DNA from: Roseibacillus sp.
Lineage (GTDB): Bacteria; Verrucomicrobiota; Verrucomicrobiia; Verrucomicrobiales; Akkermansiaceae
Length of the DNA: 64,000 bases
Reading direction: 5' to 3'
NCBI GenBank assembly: GCA_051251855.1
Contig: JBPOGI010000001.1
Location: 736,001-800,000 of the forward strand
In this document: positions 28,822 through 37,007 of the stretch, in pieces
How positions within the stretch are numbered: the first letter of the stretch is position 1
Layout of the letters: each line of letters opens with the position of its first letter
Position numbers and translations under genes: made by a program
The notes under the pieces: model-generated
Database searches by the model: none
Told to the model about the DNA's origin: nothing
The model's input: the letters and a program-made list of their open reading frames with translations, nothing else

Positions 28822-29445
28822 ATGCACACAAAAATCTTTTTCATCGCAGCGGCTCTTTGGGGGTATTCTGTGAGCCTGGCGCAAGTCGGAGGGGTAGAGA
28901 ATGCCGATGTTCTGGAGAAAGCAATTGAGCGTGAGGCAGTCCCCGCAGAGGTGTTGGCCGATGCGGTGAGGGCCACCCAAGAAGTGGGCGATCAAACGCT
29001 GAAGGGAGACTTCGTAGGAGTGGTTGAAAAACTTTATCCACGTTATCGGGATCGGGCTGCAAAACGGCTTGGCAGTAATCAGGCTTTGGCCGCGCAGATG
29101 GGTAAGTTAGTAGATGAATTTGCGGCTGGTGGGATGACGGTGACGAAGTTTGAGGCGGAGCCTGCGATTCATGGTTTTGATATTCCCGAGTTCCGAGAGT
29201 GGTTGGTCTTTGTTCCCTGCAAGCGAACGGTTCGTCGCATCGATCCCGATACGGGGCTGACTCAGTGGGTGGTGTTTAAAGACTACCAAGTGGCTGTTCG
29301 GAAGAAGGAGGTTGGCTCGGCATGGTCCTTCATCAATGGTTCTCGGCTTAAAATTCCTGAATTGCGCACATTCTTTCCGAGCCTTCCGAATGATATTGAG
29401 GAGTATGCCGTGCCAGCGATCGGGGGCGAACTCTTGAAGAAGTAG
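28822..29445 (+). CDS. Hypothetical secreted protein
   Basis: Signal peptide; typical codon usage; WSFING near the C-terminus. Confidence 0.55.
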   Translation: MHTKIFFIAAALWGYSVSLAQVGGVENADVLEKAIEREAVPAEVLADAVRATQEVGDQTLKGDFVGVVEKLYPRYRDRAAKRLGSNQALAAQMGKLVDEFAAGGMTVTKFEAEPAIHGFDIPEFREWLVFVPCKRTVRRIDPDTGLTQWVVFKDYQVAVRKKEVGSAWSFINGSRLKIPELRTFFPSLPNDIEEYAVPAIGGELLKK

Positions 29446-29528
29446 TTAGCGTTCTTGTTACGGACGTTCTTAATGCTCGCTCTGAGCCGTGTTTGCGAGA
29501 AAGTCGGCCCTGTTCATCATCACTAGCT

Positions 29529-30107
29529 ATGCCGAAGTCTGATAAGAAGAAGCAAAAATCTTACGAAAAAGCACGTGCTGCTCTCCGTCGCGTTGAGAAG
29601 CTGAAGAAGCGTGGCCAGAGCAAATGGATTGAGGTCCGTGGTTCTGAGATTCATGGCCAAGGGGTCTATGCCGCCTGTGACATCCCCGAAGACACCGAGG
29701 TGATCGAGTATGTGGGCGAGCCTATCGATAAGGATGAAAGCGAGCGTCGGGCTTGGGCTCAGATGGCGAAAGCGGAAGAGGATGGAGACGCGGCGGTCTA
29801 CATCTTTACCTTGAATGATGATTGGGACTTAGATGGCAGTGTGGATTGGAACACGGCACGTCTGATCAATCATTCCTGCGACCCTAATTGTGTGGCCTAT
29901 ACTGAAGAGGGAGAAGACGAGGACCGTATCGTGATTTATGCCTTGCGGGATATTGAGGCGGGTGAGGAGATGAGCTTCGACTATGGCTTTGACCTCGAGT
30001 GTTACGAAGACCATCCTTGTCGCTGTGGTTCAGCAAACTGCATAGGCTACATTGTAAGCCAAGAACAGTGGCCGGAATTGAGAAAACTCCTCAAGAAAAA
30101 GGCCTGA
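29529..30107 (+). CDS. SET-domain protein-lysine methyltransferase
   Basis: IHGQGVYA, EYVGE, ARLINHSCDPNC, GEEMSFDY and post-SET CRCGSANC. Confidence 0.92.
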   Translation: MPKSDKKKQKSYEKARAALRRVEKLKKRGQSKWIEVRGSEIHGQGVYAACDIPEDTEVIEYVGEPIDKDESERRAWAQMAKAEEDGDAAVYIFTLNDDWDLDGSVDWNTARLINHSCDPNCVAYTEEGEDEDRIVIYALRDIEAGEEMSFDYGFDLECYEDHPCRCGSANCIGYIVSQEQWPELRKLLKKKA

Positions 30108-30129
30108 GCAGAATCGCTTTATTTGATCT

Positions 30130-31218
30130 ATGAAACTTCTTTCGACCTCTCTCACTCTCTTCTTTCTCGTTGTAGCAGTCCTTCCTACTTGTGCCGATGA
30201 GGCCGGCGCAAAGCGAGTTGTCGACAATTATAAGCAGGAGGTATCCACTTGGGTCGCCAAGTTAAATGCAGCTCCTGGGGTAGAGGCCAGACGAGAACTC
30301 TGGGCCGAGGCTCCTGATGCTAATGAGTTTGGCGAGAGTCTACTTGGGCAGATCGATGGAGCTTGGAACAAGGACTGGTTCCTTGATTACGCGCCGACGC
30401 TTTTGAATTTGGCGCCGGACTATTCGGTGAAGGCTGTCGGAAACCGGGGAGGAAGAACGCCTCTGTCCGCGATTCGTGAGTCGGCTGAGCGTTTTCATTT
30501 TGAGAGCAGTAAGATTGGCCCTCTCTGTCTGGCTCTTGTGATTGATACCGGCCCAAAGAACCGTGCATTCATTGAAAAGGTGGAGGCGACCCACCCGGAC
30601 AAGAAGGTGCAGGGACAAGCGGCGATGGCTCTAGCGCTCTTATCGAAAGCCCTGGGCGATGGTGGCAATGTGGCCCAGTTTAAGGAGCAGCGGCTCAACT
30701 GGGTGCGGAAGGCGATTATTGAAGCGGCTGATGTGGTGGTGGGGCAAACGACGGTTGGCGAGATGGCAGAGGACTTTTTGTTTGCAGCGGTCAATTTGGA
30801 GAAAGGGATGCAGGCGCCAGATATTCTCGGTTGGAATGCCCAGGAGCAGGCCATGCGTTTGAGTGATTTCAAAAAGAAACCGGTGATGATTGTCTTTTGG
30901 CATAGCCGGATGCAGGCCTCGGAAGAGACCATGACTTTTCTACGGAAGGTGGAGGATCGTTTAGGGAAACGAGGACTGGTGATTTTGGGAGTTGCAAGTG
31001 AGAGCCGAGAGTCCTTACGCGGGATGGTGAAAGAGGGGTCGGTCACTTGGAAGAACTGGCTCGATCAGGAGGGCAAGATTGCGAAGTTGTATCAGGTCAA
31101 TAGCTATCCAGCCTGTTGGGTATTGGATGCTGAGGGGAAGGTGCAGTTTCAGGGGGTGCCAGGTGCTTTCGCAGAATTGACGGCAGAGGCTCTGGTGAAA
31201 GAACTCGAGAAGAAGTAG
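30130..31218 (+). CDS. Secreted TlpA/redoxin-fold protein lacking CxxC
   Basis: Signal peptide; APDI.G...LSDFK.KPV.IVFW followed by HSRMQAS instead of xWCxxC; YQVNSYP..VLD.EG. Confidence 0.7.
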   Translation: MKLLSTSLTLFFLVVAVLPTCADEAGAKRVVDNYKQEVSTWVAKLNAAPGVEARRELWAEAPDANEFGESLLGQIDGAWNKDWFLDYAPTLLNLAPDYSVKAVGNRGGRTPLSAIRESAERFHFESSKIGPLCLALVIDTGPKNRAFIEKVEATHPDKKVQGQAAMALALLSKALGDGGNVAQFKEQRLNWVRKAIIEAADVVVGQTTVGEMAEDFLFAAVNLEKGMQAPDILGWNAQEQAMRLSDFKKKPVMIVFWHSRMQASEETMTFLRKVEDRLGKRGLVILGVASESRESLRGMVKEGSVTWKNWLDQEGKIAKLYQVNSYPACWVLDAEGKVQFQGVPGAFAELTAEALVKELEKK

Positions 31219-31272
31219 CAGGGAACAAAGCTGACACTTGCTTGCGAGGGGTGATTTGAGGACACTGCGCCT

Positions 31273-31638
31273 ATGCGTGCTCAACTCACTAAAGAATTCC
31301 GCTTCGAGGCGGCTCATACTTTGCCCAGCCTCCCGGAAGATCATAAATGTCGGCAAATGCACGGCCATTCCTTCAAGATCGACATCTCGGTGGAAGGGGA
31401 AGTGAACGAGGAGATTGGGTGGGTCTATGATCACAAGCGGATCTCAGACGCGATGAATCCTTTGTTGGAACTGCTGGATCACGGATATCTCAATGATATT
31501 GCGGGGCTAGAAAGTCCTACCATCGAGAGAATGGCGGGGTGGTTTTGGAAAAAGTTAGAACCCGATTTACCGGGGCTTTGTGAGATTGTGATCTACGAAA
31601 CCCCTACTGCGCGGTGTGTTTTTCGGGGTCGATTTTAG
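31273..31638 (+). CDS. queD: 6-carboxy-5,6,7,8-tetrahydropterin synthase
   Basis: FEAAH, CRQMHGHS, LDHGYLN, PTIE and ETP. Confidence 0.93.
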   Translation: MRAQLTKEFRFEAAHTLPSLPEDHKCRQMHGHSFKIDISVEGEVNEEIGWVYDHKRISDAMNPLLELLDHGYLNDIAGLESPTIERMAGWFWKKLEPDLPGLCEIVIYETPTARCVFRGRF

Positions 31639-31685
31639 GGGGAGAGCCTAGTGCTGAAGGGTGTCTTACGTTTGAGGCTTAAAGG

Positions 31686-31949
31686 GAATGGCACGAGCTT
31701 AGGACAGTTACTGGTCCGAAGCGCGAGTTTGTATCGAAGGTGAGGGCCGCAGGCTTGGGAGAGTGGCTTTGTAAGCCGCTAGGGTTGATCGCGATTCGGA
31801 AGGCTAGTGTCAAAGGCTACTGATTCAAGGATTCGAAGGTCAGCAGGCCTACCCTCACCTGACCAAGATTTAAGGTAGCGGCTTTAAAAGACCTCTCTCC
31901 CGATTGCTGCCGCAATATCTCGATCAATGCGCTTAAACTCGTACCATTC
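31686..31949. mobile_element. Non-autonomous MITE, IS4-like ends, highly structured
   Basis: 18-bp TIRs gaatggcacgagcttagg / gaatggtacgagtttaag (15/18), flanked by 10-bp direct repeats ggcttaaagg (31676-31685) and ggcttaaggg (31950-31959); no ORF in the supplied track. Confidence 0.7.
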
Positions 31950-32086
31950 GGCTTAAGGGTTTGAAGTCGGAGCCATTATCTAACGGAATGGAGCTGGGAG
32001 TTGCTTTTCTCAGTGAACTTTCATTTTTTAGCATCCACTCTCTTCTATCGGACGTTTCCATTTGGAACACCTGACTTTTAAGGCTT

Positions 32087-33652
32087 TTGAAATCACTTAC
32101 TCGAAATCTTTTCTACCTCCTCACGATAGGAGGCTGCTCTTTCTGCAACGCATTGGAAATTCGGTCCTACGATCCTGCGAGGCATGACCGGTTTGTGAAC
32201 TTTCCCTCGAACCTGACGGCCAATTCGACGTTCTATCTCGGCGGAGAGGATTGGTCGGGATTCGGCTGGAGTGTGCAGGATACGAGGAAGCATTTTACGC
32301 TGATTTCACCCAAGCATTTTGTGGGAGCGCGCCACTTTCGCCCGGCGGTGGGGAGCTCGGTGCGCTTTGTGAACCGAGAGGGAGTTGTGAAGGATTACAC
32401 CGTGGCCGCACGCCATGATATCGCGAACGATGAGACCCCAGCGGGCGTGAGCGATTTGTTTGTGGGTGAGTTGAGCGAGGTGATCGCCGAGGAGGAATTG
32501 GTTTCGGCGGTCCCTTTCTATAATCTGGATACGGAGGCGGAATATGTGAATGAGGAAATCGTGATGAGCGGACGAAATTCTCGCGCTGCCATTAATACGA
32601 TCGCAGGTTTCGTTGATTTTGAGGGTGGGCCGGGGTCGGGAGTTTCGCTGAATCGGGGTTTCTCTTCGACTTACACCGATCCGGGATTCGGAGGGGATCG
32701 TTGTTATTTAGTAAATGGCGATTCAGGCGGTCCTTCGGCTGTGCAAACCACGGAGGGCTTTGCTTTGGTTGGCACGCACTCTACCGTTGGGGCCGCGACG
32801 GTGTTGTTCACGACTACCTACACGAATAACGATGTCTTTGTTCCTCACTATATGGAGCGAGTGGACGCGGTTTTGGAGGACGATGGCTATCATGTGACGC
32901 GCTTCAATGAGACCCTGCCGGAGCTGACTTTTTCGGTCACTGAGTCGCAGGATCCGGCCATTTCTTCGGAGGGGGTGAGCTATCTCTTGACGGTGGCAAA
33001 CTCGGCTACAGGTGAGGAAGCTCACAATCTGAAGTTGGAACTGAGTTGCGATGGTGGTGCGACTTTCGCGAGTGTGTCGGGTTCGGGTTGGGTGGTTGAG
33101 AATGGGGGCACGACCTTGCGAGCGCTTCGTGGGGGCTTGGATTCTGATGAGACTTCGGGGGTGACTGTGGTGGTGGATTTGCCGGATGAACCAGAGGGAG
33201 ATGTGACGTTCTCGGCGACTTTGAGCGCTGATGGGAGTTCCGATTTGAGTCTTATGGAGACCACTCAAGTGGCGCAGAGCTTTGAGAGTTGGGCCTCGGA
33301 GTTGACGCAGAGTGGGCCTTCCGATGATTCGGATGGAGATGGGGTGTCCAATTTCATGGAGTATGTCTTAGGCCGTGATGGCGGGGTCGCTGAGGCAGTG
33401 ACGAATTTTTCTGTCGAAGGGGGGGCACTCGCGGGAACTTTTACTCGAAGAGTCTATCGAGAGTTGCTGGGAGCGGAAGTGGCTCTCGAGCGTTCGAGTG
33501 ATCTGCAAAACTGGAGTGAAGTTGAGGAAAGTGAATTTATGGTAGCTCCTTTGGATTCCCAGCTGGAGACGGTAACTTTCTCGGAATTACTTGGAGAAAG
33601 AGCCTTCTTTCGCTTTCGAGCCTCGTTGCCGGAGGGCCTTGACCCGGAATAG
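32087..33652 (+). CDS. Secreted trypsin-like serine protease with Ig-like (DUF11-like) domain and shared C-terminal domain
   Basis: Signal peptide; LISPKHFVGARH (His), SDLFVG (Asp), GDSGGP (Ser); YLLTVAN Ig-like domain; TTG start. Confidence 0.75.
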   Translation: MKSLTRNLFYLLTIGGCSFCNALEIRSYDPARHDRFVNFPSNLTANSTFYLGGEDWSGFGWSVQDTRKHFTLISPKHFVGARHFRPAVGSSVRFVNREGVVKDYTVAARHDIANDETPAGVSDLFVGELSEVIAEEELVSAVPFYNLDTEAEYVNEEIVMSGRNSRAAINTIAGFVDFEGGPGSGVSLNRGFSSTYTDPGFGGDRCYLVNGDSGGPSAVQTTEGFALVGTHSTVGAATVLFTTTYTNNDVFVPHYMERVDAVLEDDGYHVTRFNETLPELTFSVTESQDPAISSEGVSYLLTVANSATGEEAHNLKLELSCDGGATFASVSGSGWVVENGGTTLRALRGGLDSDETSGVTVVVDLPDEPEGDVTFSATLSADGSSDLSLMETTQVAQSFESWASELTQSGPSDDSDGDGVSNFMEYVLGRDGGVAEAVTNFSVEGGALAGTFTRRVYRELLGAEVALERSSDLQNWSEVEESEFMVAPLDSQLETVTFSELLGERAFFRFRASLPEGLDPE

Positions 33653-33713
33653 TCTGACAAAAGTGCGTGATTCGGGATTGGCGAGAGCGGAATGCTGGGC
33701 TATGAGAAGCGCG

Positions 33714-33926
33714 ATGAAGACATTTTCCCTGATTTCTGCCGTTGCGGTCTTGTTTCTGAGCGCTTGTGATCGTCACCAATGGGAGGGCAAAGATGGAGTG
33801 AAAGAGCTCTATGAGCATGAGGTTGAGGGCCATGCAAAGGGTCACGGAGACGGACATGGTAAGGACGGTGATAAGAATGCGCACGCTAAAGAAGGTGCGC
33901 ACAAGAAAGAAGAGGAAGCTCACTAA
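33714..33926 (+). CDS. Small His-rich lipoprotein
   Basis: Lipobox LSAC; 8 His in the ~53-aa mature part. Confidence 0.65.
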   Translation: MKTFSLISAVAVLFLSACDRHQWEGKDGVKELYEHEVEGHAKGHGDGHGKDGDKNAHAKEGAHKKEEEAH

Positions 33927-33935
33927 TCCTGTCTT

Positions 33936-36029
33936 GTGGCAGCGGGGTTTGACATTCGGCAGCTAAATCCTGCCCAGAGGAAAGCTGTCGAGACGTTGGA
34001 TGGCCCAGTGCTGATCCTCGCCGGAGCAGGCACGGGAAAGACGCGGACGGTGACGTGTCGGATGGCTAACTTGCTAGAGCAAGGAGTGCGGCCAGAGCAG
34101 ATTCTCGCGGTGACCTTTACCAACAAGGCGGCTCGTGAGATGCAGGAGCGGGTGGCTGGAATGGTGAGTAAGAAGCAGGCGGACAAGCTGACGGTTTGCA
34201 CCTTTCACTCGCTGTGTGTTCGGCTTTTAAAAGGCGGGATCGAGTTGCTGGGGTATAAGAAGAATTTTTCGATTTGCACGCCAGGCGATCAGCAGGCGCT
34301 GATTAAGCAGTTCATCGTGAAGCGCGGAGGGCTGAAGGAGAAGATCAAGCCGGGTGATGTGCTCTCTGCGATTTCGAGTGCGAAGAATTCACCGCATGGG
34401 TTTGATTCCATTGAGGATGAGCTTTTCCGCAGTATTGCGGTTGATTACCAGAATGAGCTGCGGGCGCGTAACTGTGTCGATTTCGATGATTTGTTGCTGT
34501 TAGGAGAGCAGTTGTTGCGGGAGTTTCCGGAAGAGCGCGCAAAGTGGCAGGAGCATTATCGCTACATTACGGTGGATGAGTTTCAGGATACCAACTCACT
34601 GCAGATGGACTTACTGCAGAATCTAGTGGGGACGCCGTACAATATTTGCGTGGTGGGCGATGACGACCAGAGTATCTACGGCTGGCGTGGGGCCGAGGTG
34701 GCGAATATTCTGCAGTTTGAGCGCTTCTTTGAGGGGCCTGAGGTGATTCTATTGCAGGAGAACTACCGCAGTACGCAGGCGGTGCTGGAGGTGGCTAATA
34801 AGCTCATTAAGGGGAATGTGGGGCGGCGAGAGAAGGAGCTGATTCATACGATCCCAGGAGGAGACTTGATCCAGTTGGTGGCCTTTGGCGGTGAGGATGA
34901 GGAGGCGGAGTGGGTGGCTGATGAAATGAAGCGGCTGCGGCGCTTGGGGAAAAAGAAGAAGGACGGTGAGCCGAAGATTGATGCCGCCGTGCAGCGGATG
35001 ATCGGGGGAGGTTCTGGGGCCTTGATGGAGGCTGGAGGTGAGGACCCGAATTGGAGGCCTTGGGAGGATTTTTCGGTGCTGTTTCGGACCAATACGCAGA
35101 TTCGGAAGATGGAGCAGGTGTTGCGTGAGAAGGAGATTCCTTATCGTTTGGTGGGAGCTCAGAGCTTCTATGACCGGCGGGAGGTAAGGGATGTTTTAGC
35201 CTACTTGCAGGTGATTGTGGATCCTCATGCGGATGTGCCTTTACTGCGAATTCTCAATACTCCGCCGCGGGGAATAGGGAATTCGACGGCTCTGGTGGCG
35301 AATGATTGGAGCCGTGACCAAGAGTGCAGTATCTGGGATGCGATGGATAACGAGGGTTTCCTGGAGCAACTGGGGACGCGAGGGAGGAAGGCGATTGGAG
35401 AATTTCAGGCATTGATTGGTGGGGCGCATGTTCGGCTGACGGATGGGGGGAATCCCAGAGAAGTCTTGGAGTCGGTGTTAGAGAGTTCTGATTATGTCGA
35501 TTGGTTGATGCGGAATATGAAGACGGACCAAGAGCGCGATCAGCGGCGTGCGGGGATGGGCTTTTTCATGGAAGGCTTGGATCGGGCAATGGAGAAGGGG
35601 AAGACGGTGCGGACTTTCCTAGAGGAGACTTTGTTAGACCCGCAGAAGGATGATGAGTTGGACGATAAAAAGGGGGTGACCTTGATTACGCTCCATGCGG
35701 CGAAGGGGTTGGAGTATCCTATTGTCTTTTTGGTGGGGTTGGAGGAAGGGATTTTGCCGCATAAGCGTTCCGTCGAGGAGGGGACGAAGGATGAGGAGCG
35801 CCGGTTACTCTATGTGGGGATTACTCGGGCACAGGAGCGGCTTTCGCTTACTTATTGCGGGACTCGGGTGAAGTGGGGTGAGGAGATTCATTGTGAGCCG
35901 AGCAGTTTTATTGGGGAATTAGATTTCGAGTGGATCGAAGAGATTGACCACGAGGCCGCGATGAAAGAGGAAGCGAGCGAGGATGATGTCGCCGATTTCT
36001 TAGGCGGAATGCGCGCGATGCTGGAATAG
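33936..36029 (+). CDS. uvrD: UvrD/PcrA/Rep family ATP-dependent DNA helicase
   Basis: AGAGTGKT, VTFTNKAA, VDEFQDTN, VGDDDQSIYGWRGA, NYRS, TLHAAKGLEY, EERRLLYVGITRA; the specific orthologue is uncertain. Confidence 0.9.
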   Translation: MAAGFDIRQLNPAQRKAVETLDGPVLILAGAGTGKTRTVTCRMANLLEQGVRPEQILAVTFTNKAAREMQERVAGMVSKKQADKLTVCTFHSLCVRLLKGGIELLGYKKNFSICTPGDQQALIKQFIVKRGGLKEKIKPGDVLSAISSAKNSPHGFDSIEDELFRSIAVDYQNELRARNCVDFDDLLLLGEQLLREFPEERAKWQEHYRYITVDEFQDTNSLQMDLLQNLVGTPYNICVVGDDDQSIYGWRGAEVANILQFERFFEGPEVILLQENYRSTQAVLEVANKLIKGNVGRREKELIHTIPGGDLIQLVAFGGEDEEAEWVADEMKRLRRLGKKKKDGEPKIDAAVQRMIGGGSGALMEAGGEDPNWRPWEDFSVLFRTNTQIRKMEQVLREKEIPYRLVGAQSFYDRREVRDVLAYLQVIVDPHADVPLLRILNTPPRGIGNSTALVANDWSRDQECSIWDAMDNEGFLEQLGTRGRKAIGEFQALIGGAHVRLTDGGNPREVLESVLESSDYVDWLMRNMKTDQERDQRRAGMGFFMEGLDRAMEKGKTVRTFLEETLLDPQKDDELDDKKGVTLITLHAAKGLEYPIVFLVGLEEGILPHKRSVEEGTKDEERRLLYVGITRAQERLSLTYCGTRVKWGEEIHCEPSSFIGELDFEWIEEIDHEAAMKEEASEDDVADFLGGMRAMLE

Positions 36030-36087
36030 GCAGCGGATGGCCTTCTTCGGGGGTTGTGGGCTTGGAGGAATGCGCTATCATTGCGAC

Positions 36088-36447
36088 GTGGCGACGGTGA
36101 AATTTACGGTTGGTAATGAGAAGTTGGTGAAGGTGCTCGACGGGGCATCGAGCCATTTGCGTGGCTTGTTGGAGAAGCAAGGGCGTGAGGAGGGGGCGCT
36201 AAAGATTGCGGTAGTGGGTGGCGGTTGTAGTGGTTTGCAGTATCAAATGGACTTGGTGGATGGGCCACGAGATCGGGATGTTTTGGTGGAGAGTAACGGG
36301 GTGAAGGTGGTGATTGATCCGAAGAGCGCCCTTTTTGTGAGTGGAAGTGAGTTGGATTATTCGGATGATCTTCAGCAAGGTGGGTTCAAGGTGCAGAATC
36401 CAAATGCGTTGGTGACTTGCTCCTGTGGCGAGAGTTTCGCGGCATGA
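36088..36447 (+). CDS. iscA: A-type Fe-S cluster carrier (IscA/ErpA/HesB)
   Basis: GGGCSGLQY, DPKS, F...NPNA..TCSCGESF; start uncertain (GTG 36088 or ATG 36070). Confidence 0.9.
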   Translation: MATVKFTVGNEKLVKVLDGASSHLRGLLEKQGREEGALKIAVVGGGCSGLQYQMDLVDGPRDRDVLVESNGVKVVIDPKSALFVSGSELDYSDDLQQGGFKVQNPNALVTCSCGESFAA

Positions 36448-36992
36448 ATGCTTGGGAAGAATTGGGGCTGCCTGTGGGATTGGTTGTGGCACCGGAGGAA
36501 GTTGAGGAGGCTTTTCGTAAGAAGAGTGAGGGTGCGCATCCGGATTCAGGAGGCGAAGTGGGAGAATTCGAGCGCATTCGAGAGGCGCGTGATCTTTTAC
36601 GAGACGATTTTCAGAGGTTGGAGCTTTGGCTTGATTTGCAAGGCGTGGAGCGAGCGCACTCGGGGGCGATTTCGGAGCGAGTGGGAGCGATGTTTGGGAG
36701 GGTGAGTGAGGCGACCAAAGGGGTGGATGCTTGGCTGGAGAAGGGGGCGGGAGTGAGTTCGAGTTTGGGCAAAGCGGTTTGGCAAAAGGAGGGGTTTGGA
36801 TGGAAAACTCGTTTGGAAGAGCTTTTGCAGGAGGTGAACGATTGGCAAGAAGGGGTGGTTGGGCTGTTTGTTGAGATTGGTGAAGGTGAGGTTGATAAAG
36901 CTTTGGAAGTTAGGGGTGAGTTAGGTTTTTTACGTAAGTGGAAGCATCAGCTTCAGGCGAGGTATGGAAAAATTTGGGAGGGGTTGGTGTAG
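36444..36992 (+). CDS. hscB: HscB-like J-domain co-chaperone
   Basis: N.WEELGL, HPD motif, helical C-terminal domain ending LGFLRKW; lies between iscA and an Hsp70 gene. Confidence 0.6.
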   Translation: MNAWEELGLPVGLVVAPEEVEEAFRKKSEGAHPDSGGEVGEFERIREARDLLRDDFQRLELWLDLQGVERAHSGAISERVGAMFGRVSEATKGVDAWLEKGAGVSSSLGKAVWQKEGFGWKTRLEELLQEVNDWQEGVVGLFVEIGEGEVDKALEVRGELGFLRKWKHQLQARYGKIWEGLV

Positions 36993-37007
36993 ATTTACTT
37001 TGAGAAA

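Noticed and set aside
31686..31949. tmRNA, RNase P, SRP RNA or retron ncRNA
   Set aside because: No tRNA-like ends, no GAGGAAAGUCC, only a loose resemblance to SRP helix 8 near 31825-31848, and no reverse transcriptase nearby. 6S RNA cannot be fully excluded without Infernal.
34940..35060. Intein or mobile insert in the helicase
   Set aside because: The ~35-aa insert is low-complexity (Lys/Gly-rich) and lacks intein splice-junction residues; it is probably a surface loop.
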